64,000 bases of DNA, taken from assembly GCA_903889905.1 (NCBI GenBank), contig CAISZI010000046.1:64853-128852 (forward strand), read 5' to 3'. Positions 48,777 through 58,395 of the stretch are shown piece after piece. The notes under the pieces are model-generated. The model searched no databases, was not told the DNA's origin, and saw nothing but the letters and a program-made list of their open reading frames with translations. The translations under genes and the position numbers were made by a program. The stretch's first letter is position 1. Each line of letters starts with the position of its first letter. This DNA comes from Candidatus Wirthbacteria bacterium. GTDB lineage: Bacteria > Patescibacteriota > CG2-30-54-11.

Positions 48777-49028
48777 TCAATCCCCGTCTACAGGATGGTG
48801 TGAAAAGGCTAGAATACGGGCAATGCCCACGACCAGAGATACAAAGATCAAGGCAATACCAATTTTTCGCTTAAAAAGAAAAACCACCAGCGCGATCAGC
48901 ATCGTCAGCAGCCTGTGATCCGAAAGGGAACCCATTGTCCGCGGTGAAAGGGATAAGTGGCGCCACTTGGCGGGCTGAGGTAAAAGCCAATAAACAATAC
49001 CAGCTGCCACAAGACTTACCCCAAACAA
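48777..49028 (-). CDS. Small membrane ORF ending in a PAP2-like motif-3 (ARILAFSHHPVDGD); possible gene remnant
   Basis: ORF only; the C-terminal R-x5-H-x3-D spacing resembles the PAP2 phosphatase motif, but the other motifs are missing. Confidence 0.25.
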   Translation of the reverse strand: MFGVSLVAAGIVYWLLPQPAKWRHLSLSPRTMGSLSDHRLLTMLIALVVFLFKRKIGIALIFVSLVVGIARILAFSHHPVDGD

Positions 49029-49080
49029 CCACTACGCACAAAAAAAGATACCGTCGTTGAGCAAAATTCACTCGCCAAAA

Positions 49081-50241
49081 TTAGAGGAATAGAAACACCC
49101 CGATCGCGACCAACGTGCACACTACCGCGAAACCAAATGTGGCTGCCGGCGCAAGCAGGGACCACAAAAAACCGCCGATGATCGAGGACAGCAGTGTCGC
49201 CAGACTGGTTATGGTATAAAACGTGCCATAGGCCGTGCCGGCTTTGTCCTGCGTCGTGAGCGAGCCAATCATAGCTTTGGAAATGCCGTCGGTAAAAGCG
49301 ATATAAAACCCGTAAATTCCAAACAATGCCCAAACCAGCAGTGGATTCGTATTAAACGCAAATCCGGCGTACACCAGAGCAAAGATCGCCAGGCCGATGA
49401 CCAGCACTTTGCGCGCCCCGATCCGGTCCGCCAGCCGTCCGGCCGGCGTGGAGGCCAGTGAATAAACCAGATTATAGAGAATGTAGGCCGAAATCACCGC
49501 GACCAGACTGAGCCCCAGCCCTTGGGAACGCAGGATCAAAAACGAGTCGGAACTGTTACCGAGCGCAAAAATTGTCATGCCCACCAGAAACAGTTTGAAC
49601 TCACGTGGCATTCCCCACAGTGACAGGCTGAGTTAAACTTTGCTCGAAAGAATTTTTGTGCGCGTATCCTGAATAAAAACAAAAAACAGCAAGCTGAGCA
49701 CCGCCGGAATCGTTGCCAGATAAAGCACTGTACGAAAATTATTATGCAGTAAATAAAGCAAAACCAGCGCAATCGTCGGCCCAATCACCGCGCCCAGCGA
49801 ATCCATGGAGCGGTGAAAGCCAAAGATAAAACCTTTGTTGGTGGCGTCGGTTTCTTCCAGCAGCAAGGCGTCACGCGCCCCAGTACGTGCACCTTTGCCC
49901 AGCCGGTCCACCGTCCTCGCCAGCAACACCATGGGCCAACTGCTGGCAAGCGCGATCAGTACTTTGGACAAAGCCGCAGCGCCATAACCGGAGACGACAA
50001 AAATTTTACGTTTCTGCAATTTGTCCGACCAGTAGCCAAAGATCGCCTTAAAAAAAGCCGCCATCCCTTCGGCAACACCTTCGATGATGCCCACCACAAA
50101 CACCGGAGCGCCCAACACCTGGGTTAAAAAAATAGGCATAATCGGATAGAGCATCTCCGACGCGGTGTCGTTGAACAGGCTGACCAGGCTGAGATACCAG
50201 ACGCGGCGAGGGATTTTGAGCTTGGATGCAGGCATGGGCAA
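49081..50241 (-). pseudogene. MFS transporter interrupted by a single in-frame TAA (minus-strand stop at 49635-49633); halves 49633..50241 and 49081..49611
   Basis: The two ORFs are in the same frame, separated by ...SSKV*LSLSLWGMPREFKL. Together they give a 386-aa, about 12-TM MFS-like protein. Confidence 0.6.
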
Positions 50242-50328
50242 AACCGACTAAGAACCAGTCGGGTGGAGTATACGGCCATTTAGCAATCCTGTTAACTCCC
50301 TTGCTTTTATAAAAAATAAGACTATTAT

Positions 50329-50655
50329 ATGAATATGCGTTCATATAATTGTTCCAACCCAAACCACGCCACCTTTAAACAAATCCAGAAACTCTCCGCG
50401 TTGCTGAAAATCGTCGGCGACACGAGTCGACTGCAACTGCTCTGTATCCTGAGCCAGGGAACACATTGCGTCTGTGAATTGATACAAAATGCTACTCTCT
50501 CTCAAAGCCTGATCTCTCACCATCTGCACGACCTCAAGGCTGCCGGTCTTGTCACTAGCAGCAGACAAGGGCAAAAAATCTTCTATTCCCTGACCGCCTC
50601 CGGCCAACAAATCACCGCCTCGCTTTTTTCTCTCACTACCAAGGAATATGCATGA
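50329..50655 (+). CDS. arsR: ArsR/SmtB-family metalloregulator
   Basis: HTH LLKIVGDTSRLQLLCILSQGTHCVCELIQNATLSQSLISHHLHDLKAAGLV with the CVC metal(loid)-binding motif. Confidence 0.75.
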   Translation: MNMRSYNCSNPNHATFKQIQKLSALLKIVGDTSRLQLLCILSQGTHCVCELIQNATLSQSLISHHLHDLKAAGLVTSSRQGQKIFYSLTASGQQITASLFSLTTKEYA

Positions 50656-50891
50656 AAATTGAAGTCTTCGGTTCCGGTTGCGCCAACTGCAGAAAGCTGT
50701 ACGAAATTACCAAGCAGGCTGCTGCCGAGCTTGGGCTCCAAGACGACGTAACCTACGTAACCGATGTCGGTAAAATCGTAGAAATGGGCCTGATGAGCAG
50801 TCCGGTTCTGGCCATCAATGGCAAACCGGTTTTGGTCGGGTCGCTGGCCGGAATCGACAAGATCAAAACCCTGCTGAGCGAGACCCAATAA
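50652..50891 (+). CDS. Thioredoxin-fold small redox-active disulfide protein (CxxC)
   Basis: MKIEVFGSGCANCRKLYE... 79 aa; overlaps the arsR stop (ATGA). Confidence 0.65.
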   Translation: MKIEVFGSGCANCRKLYEITKQAAAELGLQDDVTYVTDVGKIVEMGLMSSPVLAINGKPVLVGSLAGIDKIKTLLSETQ

Positions 50892-50892
50892 C

Positions 50893-51861
50893 ATGGACCC
50901 TTTTTATCCGGTACAACTGCTTGCCGATTTTCTGGCTTACCAGGTCATTCACCTGACCAAAGGCAGTGTTTTGGGCGACGCCATCAATTATTTCATCTAC
51001 GACAGCATCAAAATTTTCCTACTGCTGGCGCTCATCATTTTCGTCGTGTCCATCCTCCGTTCCTACCTGCCACCCGAAAAGACCAAAAAATTACTGACTA
51101 ATCGCTTCCAGATCGTCGGCAACTTGCTGGCTGCGTTGCTGGGCATCGTCACGCCGTTTTGTTCGTGTTCGGCTGTGCCGCTGTTCATCGGCCTGGTGGA
51201 ATCAGGCGTACCTCTCGGCGTCACCTTTTCCTACCTCATCGCCGCACCCATGATCAATGAAGTGGCGGCCGTGTTATTGTTGGGCCTGTTTGGCCCCTCG
51301 GTCGCCCTCTTGTATATTGCTTGGGGTGTGATCATTGCCGTCGTGGTTGGATTTGTGCTGGGCCGGATGAAACTGGAACACCTCGTCGAGGATTACGTCT
51401 GGAAGATCAAGGTACAAAACGCCAACATTTCCATCAAAAACACTTTCTCTGACCGGCTCCGGGAATCGTACCACTACACGGCCGCTCTGGTTCAAAAAGT
51501 TTTCCCCTATGTTCTGATTGGTGTTGCTGTTGGTGCCTTGGTCCACGGCTATGCCCCGGAGAATTTCCTGGCCCGCATTGCCGGAAAAAACAATCCATTT
51601 GCCGTACTGGCTGCTGTGGTCATCGGTGTGCCGCTCTATTCCAATGCTGCCGGCACCATCCCGATTGTGACTTCCCTGATCGGCAAAGGCCTGCCTATTG
51701 GCACGGCGCTTGCCTTCATGATGTCAGTCACGGCGCTTTCATTTCCGGAAATGATCATTCTGCGCAAAGTCCTCAAGCCAAAACTACTGATTATTTATAT
51801 CACCGTCCTGACGCTGGGGATCGTTTTTACGGGGTATCTGTTCAATCTCGTGATACGATAA
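50893..51861 (+). CDS. arsP: ArsP-like (DUF318) permease with the TPFCSCS motif
   Basis: LLGIVTPFCSCSAVPLF signature; about 8 TM helices; adjacent to arsR and the thioredoxin-like gene. Confidence 0.6.
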   Translation: MDPFYPVQLLADFLAYQVIHLTKGSVLGDAINYFIYDSIKIFLLLALIIFVVSILRSYLPPEKTKKLLTNRFQIVGNLLAALLGIVTPFCSCSAVPLFIGLVESGVPLGVTFSYLIAAPMINEVAAVLLLGLFGPSVALLYIAWGVIIAVVVGFVLGRMKLEHLVEDYVWKIKVQNANISIKNTFSDRLRESYHYTAALVQKVFPYVLIGVAVGALVHGYAPENFLARIAGKNNPFAVLAAVVIGVPLYSNAAGTIPIVTSLIGKGLPIGTALAFMMSVTALSFPEMIILRKVLKPKLLIIYITVLTLGIVFTGYLFNLVIR

Positions 51862-51963
51862 TTTTTTGCTCCGTCGCCGATGTTCTGCGCCAGTCTGGAG
51901 CGGTTAAATCGACAAATCCGCCTTCGACACCGTCGTAATCGATTCGAGGCATCGCCATGCCCA

Positions 51964-52063
51964 AGCATCCCGATCTGCGGACAAATTACTCCCTATTTAC
52001 TTTGGCATCACAACAATTGGCATCATGATCATGGGTTTTGTCTTCAACGCTATCCCAAGGTAA
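51964..52063 (+). repeat. Copy 1 of a roughly 100-bp repeat: start-less 3' remnant of an arsP-like permease gene (...LPIYFGITTIGIMIMGFVFNAIPR*)
   Basis: About 80% identical to 52958..53057. In-frame with no start codon back to a stop at 51905. The C-terminal helix pattern resembles the ArsP C-terminus ...GIVFTGYLFNLVIR*. Confidence 0.5.
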
Positions 52064-52188
52064 ACATCCAAAGTTTGGCCCATGAACATCAATGAATGGC
52101 ATTTTTCCGCCATTCTTTTTTTATACTGATGATTTAAACTGACAGGCTTAGGTAATAGAAAGAAGTATTAACTCTATGGTAAAATGAC

Positions 52189-52848
52189 ATGATAATTACT
52201 TTCACCAAGGACAAATCCATGCCCGAAATCCTGGCAGTCATCGATAAACGACTCCCCAAACAATGGCGGCAATGGAGCATTTTGGGACTACACAAAAGGA
52301 AACCCTTTAAGCATATTTGGCGTTTTCGCAACCTGATTCTGGCCGCGCTGAGCATTTATGTCGCTCTGATGGTGACCGAAATGGCATGGTTTCAATCCTT
52401 TATGAATCTGATCAAAAGCCTGAAACTATTTGGCGTATTCCTAGGCGGGATGTTTTTTGCCTCCAGTTTCACCGTTACCACAGGCATCATCATCCTGGTT
52501 GCTTTGTCCCCATCGTATCCGCTATGGGCGTTGGCGACAGTCGCTGGACTCGGGGCGTCATTTTCGGATCTGACCATTTTTGAACTGGTCAGAAGCGGCA
52601 TCTCCAACGAGATCAAAGACCTTTTTGCCATCTTCGACAAAAAACTCAAAATCAGCCGGCATTTTGATAAAAAGCTGGTAAGGCGAGCCATCCCACTACT
52701 CGGTGCCGCCATTATCGCCTCGCCGCTGCCGGATGAACTAGGTGTCGGTTTGATGGGACTTTCTACGATTCCGACCTACCTGTTTGTCATTTTATCCATG
52801 GTACTCAATACCATTGGCATTTTCACTCTGATCGCCATGATTCGTTGA
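52189..52848 (+). CDS. Hypothetical polytopic membrane protein (219 aa), possibly a half-size permease related to the DUF318 family
   Basis: 5-6 TM helices; C-terminus ...NTIGIFTLIAMIR* resembles the arsP-like C-termini nearby. Confidence 0.4.
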   Translation: MIITFTKDKSMPEILAVIDKRLPKQWRQWSILGLHKRKPFKHIWRFRNLILAALSIYVALMVTEMAWFQSFMNLIKSLKLFGVFLGGMFFASSFTVTTGIIILVALSPSYPLWALATVAGLGASFSDLTIFELVRSGISNEIKDLFAIFDKKLKISRHFDKKLVRRAIPLLGAAIIASPLPDELGVGLMGLSTIPTYLFVILSMVLNTIGIFTLIAMIR

Positions 52849-52957
52849 TTTAGCTAGGCTGTAACTCCGATCATCTGTGCCAATCGAGCCAGGTCAAAAC
52901 CGACCCAAAACCCACTTTCGCTTCCATTATAAACAATCTCAGTCACAGGTACACCCA

Positions 52958-53057
52958 AACATCCCGATCTACGAATAAACTTCTGGACACTTTCTTTGGC
53001 ATCACCACTATTGGTATCATGATCATGGGTTATGTGTTCAATGCGCTACCGCGATAG
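52958..53057 (+). repeat. Copy 2 of the arsP-like 3' remnant repeat (...FGITTIGIMIMGYVFNALPR*)
   Basis: See copy 1; stop TAG at 53055-53057. Confidence 0.5.
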
Positions 53058-53127
53058 ACGAATTATGCAAACCACATCCGTCAATCTATAATCCAACTGC
53101 TTGCTTCAAGCTTCAATAAGGGCATCC

Positions 53128-53871
53128 ATGGACATTACTCTGCTTTGTGAAAACAGCTCCAGTGACATCGGGGTTTGGGCAAAGTGAGGTTTGTCGCTAT
53201 GGATCCAAAAACAAAATACGAAAATTCTATTTGACTCCGGATTCTCTGACGTATTTACTCGCAACGCCGAGAAACTAAATATTGACCTCAATCAAACCGA
53301 TTACATCGTTCTCTCCCACCATCACGACGACCATGCGTCGGGTTTGCAAAACCATCCTTTCACGAGCTCCAAACCGCTTATTGTTCATCCTCAAATTCTT
53401 CCCAAACTCGCTCCTTCACATGCCCACAAACTGCAGACCGATTTTCACATTACCCAGTCCAAAGATCCCCTGGAATTCAGCCCTGACATATACTATCTTG
53501 GCCAGATTCCCCGCGTCACAGCATTTGAAAAAGGGGTTTACAAATCAGATGACATGCTCGACGATTCCGCCCTGGCAATCAAAACTCCTCAAGGTACGGT
53601 TGTCATCTCCGGCTGTTCCCACGCCGGCATCTGCAATATCTGCGAATACGCCAAACAAGTGACCGGCCAAAATCTTTACGCTGTGCTCGGCGGTTTTCAC
53701 TTATTTGCCACCGACAAATCAACCGTGGAAGCCACAATCCTCTATTTTCAACAACAAAAGCCAGCCTACCTCTATCCCATGCATTGCGTGGATTTTTCGA
53801 CGCTGACAAGGTTTTACAAAACCTTCGGCATCCGCAAGCTGATGAGCGGGGAAACCATCAAGATCAACTGA
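53128..53871 (+). pseudogene. MBL-fold metallo-hydrolase interrupted by an in-frame TGA at 53185-53187
   Basis: The ATG at 53128 gives MDITLLCENSSSDIGVWAK, then TGA, then the same frame continues GLSLWIQKQNTKILFDSG...SHHHDDHASGL (the HxHxDH zinc motif). The stop replaces the usual EH of the EHGLS strand motif. Confidence 0.6.
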
Positions 53872-53956
53872 TCATCTGACTAGTCTTGGTCTTTCAAACC
53901 CGCCCGCAAACTCGCTTCCGGCACTGCCACGATAAATCATCAACTCAAGGCCACCC

Positions 53957-54574
53957 ATGAAAACCGACTTCAAAAAAGACCTCAAACACCTCTACAACCC
54001 TTCGGCCAAAACAGTTTCAGAAGTGGTAGTCCCGGCCATAAACTTCCTCATGATCGACGGCCAGGGCAGCCCCGGCGAGTGCCAGGCCTACACCGACGCC
54101 ATCCAGACCATTTTCCCGGTGGCTTATGCCCTCAAGTTCGCCATCAGGAAATCCGCCGGCTTTGACTTCGGCGTCCTGCCGCTGGAGGGCCTGTGGTGGG
54201 CTGACGATATGAACGATTTCGTAAACGGCAACCGCGACAACTGGCTCTGGACGATCATGATCATGCAGCCAGACGTGGTGACCAAAGAACTCTTTATCCA
54301 AACGCTGGCAGAAGTGAAGACCAAAAAGAAACTGGCCGCCGTGGACAGAATCCGTTTCGAATCCTACAGCGAAGTCCGCTCCGCTCAGCTCATGCACCTC
54401 GGCCCCTTTGCTGCCGAAGGCCCCAACATTGCCAGAATCCACCAGTTCATCCAGGACCAAGGTGGTAAACCTAGTGGCAAGCACCACGAAATTTACCTCT
54501 CCGACATCCGTAAAGTGGCGCCGGAAAAGATGAAAACAGTCCTCAGACAGCCGTTTACTGGAAACAAAAAATAG
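53957..54574 (+). CDS. GyrI-like small-molecule-binding domain protein
   Basis: 205 aa; C-terminus ...HLGPFAAEGPNIARIHQFIQDQG...HHEIYLSDIRKVAPEKMKTVLRQPF typical of GyrI-like/effector-binding domains. Confidence 0.55.
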   Translation: MKTDFKKDLKHLYNPSAKTVSEVVVPAINFLMIDGQGSPGECQAYTDAIQTIFPVAYALKFAIRKSAGFDFGVLPLEGLWWADDMNDFVNGNRDNWLWTIMIMQPDVVTKELFIQTLAEVKTKKKLAAVDRIRFESYSEVRSAQLMHLGPFAAEGPNIARIHQFIQDQGGKPSGKHHEIYLSDIRKVAPEKMKTVLRQPFTGNKK

Positions 54575-54584
54575 AAAACAAAAG

Positions 54585-55811
54585 CTAATTTCCCCAGATC
54601 GCATCCAGAATCTTGATCTTGATCGCCCGCCAGGTGGGAATGGCCGAGGAGATCACGGCGATGGTAAACAAGACGCCAAATACCTGCACGAGGTAAGAGC
54701 CATTGACCTCTAAAAAGACGATGCCAAAAGGAAATTTGAACGGATGCAGTCGCTCCCAGGGAACCAGGACGAACAAATAAGCAACCAACCCGAACAAATT
54801 GCCGATCACGGCATAAACAATGCCACGAATAACATAATTGACCACAAGCGTTGCCGACGAGATGCCAATCGCCCGCTGGATACCAATTTGTTTGCGTTTG
54901 TTATTGAGGTCAACAAAGGTCACAATATAAATTGTGATTGAGCCCACAATCAGGGCAATCAACTGCAACAGTATGATTACCACGTCAAAAGTCTTGGTGA
55001 CGCTGCGCAGGACACCGGCCTGATTTTGCCATTTGTCGACCACCACGCCCAGATTGAGGGAATTAAAACTGGCCATCACCTGATCTTCGCTATAGCCCTT
55101 TTTCAGTTTGACGTTGATGATCGATGTTTGTGCGGCGGCAGTGGGATTGATCCGCGCATAATCCTCACGCGAGATAAACGACCGGGTATCACCCTGCGAA
55201 AAATCAGAATCAAAAATCCCCTTGACCGTAAATTCCGCCGCCTTGCCGTTGTTGAAACTCACCGTGACTTTGTCCCCCACCTGCACTGTCCTGAGCGATG
55301 TGGCATAGAAGTCCAGATTGGCATTGTTGTCGCCTGCCACCTGCACGCCAAGCACGATTTTGTTCTGGTCGTCAGCTGCCAAAAAACTGCCCTGTTTCAT
55401 GTATTTCTGGATTTCAAAAACCTGTGTATATTCCGCCGGTTCCACCACTTGTGTGCCATAGGTGGTGCTATTGCCATCGGCGCTGATCTGGACTGCGATT
55501 TTTTGCTGTGCGGTAACGCTGTCGACTCCGTCAGTTGCCCGCGCGGCGGCTTCGATCGTGTCCACATCAGCAAACACTGCCTGTGACTTGGGTGGCGCAA
55601 TCGTCACGTTGGAAGTCATCAGCGTCACGAGTTTGCCATTCACGGTATTGATCAAACCCCGCAGTAGCGCCCGTGGCAGCACGAGGTTAAGAAAAACCAG
55701 CAGCAACATACTCACGGTGAGAATCTGGATGGTTTTATTGCCCCGTCGAATGCCGCGAAAAGCCAGAAACAAACCGGTTTTCAAGGAATGGATCCAATTA
55801 GAGATACGCAT
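54585..55811 (-). CDS. ABC transporter permease, FtsX/MacB-like
   Basis: Start MRISNWIHSLKTGLFLAFRGIRR (TM1), extracytoplasmic domain, C-terminal FtsX 3-TM bundle. The start overlaps the upstream ATPase stop by 14 nt. Confidence 0.75.
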   Translation of the reverse strand: MRISNWIHSLKTGLFLAFRGIRRGNKTIQILTVSMLLLVFLNLVLPRALLRGLINTVNGKLVTLMTSNVTIAPPKSQAVFADVDTIEAAARATDGVDSVTAQQKIAVQISADGNSTTYGTQVVEPAEYTQVFEIQKYMKQGSFLAADDQNKIVLGVQVAGDNNANLDFYATSLRTVQVGDKVTVSFNNGKAAEFTVKGIFDSDFSQGDTRSFISREDYARINPTAAAQTSIINVKLKKGYSEDQVMASFNSLNLGVVVDKWQNQAGVLRSVTKTFDVVIILLQLIALIVGSITIYIVTFVDLNNKRKQIGIQRAIGISSATLVVNYVIRGIVYAVIGNLFGLVAYLFVLVPWERLHPFKFPFGIVFLEVNGSYLVQVFGVLFTIAVISSAIPTWRAIKIKILDAIWGN

Positions 55812-56472
55812 TGGTGACCTCGCCGTCTTTGAGAAAAACATGTTCGGTGGCGTACTGCTTGTCATCCGGGTCGTGCGAGACAAACAACACAGTCACACCC
55901 AGTTCACGATTCAAACGGACCAGTGTCTCCATCACCGTACGCGAAGACAACGTGTCCAAATTGGCGGTCGGTTCGTCGGCAAAGATATATTTGGGTTGAT
56001 TAATGAGCGCCCGCGCAATCGCCACCCGCTGCTGTTCACCGCCCGACAGTTCCCGCGGCAGATGCGTCTTGCGGTCACCCAGGCCGACCACCTCCAGCAA
56101 CTCCCCGGCGCGCTCACGAAAATCCGCCCCATTTTTCCCGAGCATCATGCCCGGAAGATAAACATTTTCTTCAGCCGTGAGCTCCGTGAGCAGCGCGTAT
56201 TCCTGAAAGACGTACCCCAGCAGCGACAGGCGAAAACGACCGCGTTTGGCATCGTCCAGTTTTTGCACAGGTTTCCCATCAATCAGGATTTCTCCGCTCG
56301 TCGGATAATCCAGCAACCCCAGCTGCCGCAGCAGCGTTGATTTACCGGAGCCGCTTTTGCCCATGATGCTGGTGACAGTTTTGTCACGAATCACGAGATT
56401 GATCCCCCGCAGGGCGTTGACCTTGATTTTGCCAAGATTGTAAATACGACTGAGGTTTTTAACTTCGATCAT
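55798..56472 (-). CDS. ABC transporter ATP-binding protein
   Basis: MIEVKNLSRIY...; GKSGSGKST; [15 protein letters not shown]; IFADEPTANLD; RBS AGGAT 9 nt upstream of the ATG at 56472. Confidence 0.85.
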   Translation of the reverse strand: MIEVKNLSRIYNLGKIKVNALRGINLVIRDKTVTSIMGKSGSGKSTLLRQLGLLDYPTSGEILIDGKPVQKLDDAKRGRFRLSLLGYVFQEYALLTELTAEENVYLPGMMLGKNGADFRERAGELLEVVGLGDRKTHLPRELSGGEQQRVAIARALINQPKYIFADEPTANLDTLSSRTVMETLVRLNRELGVTVLFVSHDPDDKQYATEHVFLKDGEVTNAYL

Positions 56473-56574
56473 TGGTTTTATCCTGACAAACGAATTCTGC
56501 CCCACAGAATACCCACAAACAAGCGCGATTACAATTGTTGTCTAGCCAATTTATGCATCGCGCACAGACACTAG

Positions 56575-56835
56575 TCAGACGTCGACAAATTGCGCCAACT
56601 GGTTGGCCATAGCACCAACCTGCTCATTTTTGAGTTCGTATATGATGACCTTGCCCACGCGTGTAGTGTTCACCAGCCCGACCGTTTTCAACCTGGCCAA
56701 ATGCTGGGAAACAGCCGACTGCGACAGGCTGCAATTCTCGATCAGCTGCGTCACGTTCTTGGCGCCGCGGCTGAGGCAACAGAGCAGTTTGAGGCGGATG
56801 GGATTGGCGAGAGTTGACAACAGTTGCTTGTTCAT
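56575..56835 (-). CDS. ArsR-family transcriptional regulator (likely controls the downstream ABC pair)
   Basis: LANPIRLKLLCCLSRGAKNVTQLIENCSLSQSAVSQHLARLKTVGLV. Confidence 0.75.
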   Translation of the reverse strand: MNKQLLSTLANPIRLKLLCCLSRGAKNVTQLIENCSLSQSAVSQHLARLKTVGLVNTTRVGKVIIYELKNEQVGAMANQLAQFVDV

Positions 56836-56889
56836 GTCATCATATTAGCAGTTGCTAATATATTTATCAAGTCATAACTGGAGTCAATC

Positions 56890-57078
56890 GTGAAAGCTAA
56901 TGTTGGCGGCATCGACCGCGCCATCCGTATTCTTCTCGGTATTGCACTGATCGGTGTCGGTATTTACGCCAAGCTCTTGATTTTGGACGTACTTGGCGTC
57001 GTTGCTCTCGGCACCGGACTGATGAGTCATTGCCTGCTTTATCGACTTTTTGGCTTCTCTACAGCTGGCAAGAAATAA
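56890..57078 (+). CDS. DUF2892/YgaP-like small membrane protein
   Basis: 62 aa, two TM helices, motif GGIDRAIRILLGIALI typical of the family; divergent from the ArsR gene. Confidence 0.5.
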   Translation: MKANVGGIDRAIRILLGIALIGVGIYAKLLILDVLGVVALGTGLMSHCLLYRLFGFSTAGKK

Positions 57079-57079
57079 C

Positions 57080-57266
57080 CATGGCCATCCAAGTCAACCA
57101 AGCACGTTGCCCCCAAAACCATCCCTGCCCCGCCATGCGCCATTGCCCGGTCAATGCCATTGTGCAGCAGGGCAATAAAGCGCCCACGATCAATCAGGAT
57201 CTGTGCATTAAATGCGGCAAATGTATCCAGGTCTGCCCCATGGGGGCGTTTTACCAGACAGCCTAA
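57080..57266 (+). CDS. Small ferredoxin-like protein with one canonical CxxCxxCxxxCP 4Fe-4S motif
   Basis: MAIQVNQARCPQNHPCPAMRHCP...CIKCGKCIQVCPMGA. Confidence 0.45.
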
Positions 57267-57289
57267 CAAACCGTTGCTGAAGATTGGGT

Positions 57290-57715
57290 TCAGTCCCACA
57301 ACTTCAACAACCTGCCCAGCCAACCGAGCAGAACAAAAAAGAAAACATAATAACCAACCGCCGCCACAATCGTAGCCAGCAATACTTGGTTGATGATCTC
57401 ATTGCGGTGCCGCCGCGCCTGATCCAGCGTACAAATGCCCCGGCGACGAAAGTACACGACCAGACCAACCGCCAGCAATCCAACCCCTGCCAGATCAAAC
57501 AGCCAGCGATATTGCCCGTCCAACACATTGGTAAGTGACACAGCAAAAGACACGGTCGACAAGCCAAGCGCCACCAGCACAATCGGCGCCAGACAGCACA
57601 AGGACGCGACAAAAACAGGGAGACCAGCCAGCTGGATAAGTTTTTGAATTTTATGCAATTGCATCACCTTCGCTACAAATACTCCAATCGCAACTCCCTT
57701 TTCTCTACCGGTCAT
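57290..57715 (-). CDS. Small membrane protein with a Cys-Cys pair in TM1 (MerT-like)
   Basis: VFVASLCCLAPIVLVALGLS resembles the MerT first-helix CC motif; 3-4 TM helices. Weak call. Confidence 0.3.
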   Translation of the reverse strand: MTGREKGVAIGVFVAKVMQLHKIQKLIQLAGLPVFVASLCCLAPIVLVALGLSTVSFAVSLTNVLDGQYRWLFDLAGVGLLAVGLVVYFRRRGICTLDQARRHRNEIINQVLLATIVAAVGYYVFFFVLLGWLGRLLKLWD

Positions 57716-58295
57716 TCAATCCCTTGCCCTTAAGAACCAGTGGCACATATTTTTCAATTCTTGCCACCCTGGTTTTGGCTTGTTTGGGAGCAGCGAAAAA
57801 GAGCAGATAGGCTCTTTGCCGCCCTGGTGTCAGGGCTTCAAACGCCTCTTGCAGGCCAGGTGTTTGCTCGAACTGATTGGTCAATTCTTCCGGTGTACTG
57901 AATTCTTCTGTCTTTTTGAGAGGCACTTTCAACCCGGCCTTTTCAACGGCAATGGCGTTCTCTATATATTTTTTCAAAATTAGCTCCAGCTCCACGATTT
58001 CCTGCGCACTGGTAAACCGGATCTGGCGTCCCGCCTGCACATTTTCCGTTTGCTGGATCAAGATGCCCTTCGGATCGTCCATCAGCACGCCTTTGACAAA
58101 CAACATCGCGCAATATTCCTTGAAACCATGGATGATGATGACGTTTTTACCCTCGATTGTGTAACAGGGTTGCCCCCATTTCAAGTCTTCGGTCAGTCCA
58201 GAGTCGAGGAGGATGGTTCTCAATTTAGATAATTCTTCCTGCCACTTTTTTGTTTTGCTCAAAAAGCCATCTACCTTGGGATTGGAATTATTCAT
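57705..58295 (-). CDS. DUF1801/YdeI(OmdA)-family protein
   Basis: C-terminus LTPGRQRAYLLFFAAPKQAKTRVARIEK matches the YdeI/OmpD-associated family signature. Confidence 0.5.
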   Translation of the reverse strand: MNNSNPKVDGFLSKTKKWQEELSKLRTILLDSGLTEDLKWGQPCYTIEGKNVIIIHGFKEYCAMLFVKGVLMDDPKGILIQQTENVQAGRQIRFTSAQEIVELELILKKYIENAIAVEKAGLKVPLKKTEEFSTPEELTNQFEQTPGLQEAFEALTPGRQRAYLLFFAAPKQAKTRVARIEKYVPLVLKGKGLNDR

Positions 58296-58395
58296 TGACT
58301 GAGCCTCCTAAAATAGTGAACGCAACACAGCCCGTGTCAGTATAAGTACTTGCGCAAGGATTATAGCACCCGAGCAATAAAAAATGCAGCCAGAG

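Noticed and set aside
53185-53187. TGA as a recoded codon (Gly under genetic code 25, or selenocysteine)
   Set aside because: Numerous genes in the window stop at TGA with coupled downstream starts (e.g. 244-246, 2632-2634, 37903-37905). No SECIS-like hairpin follows.
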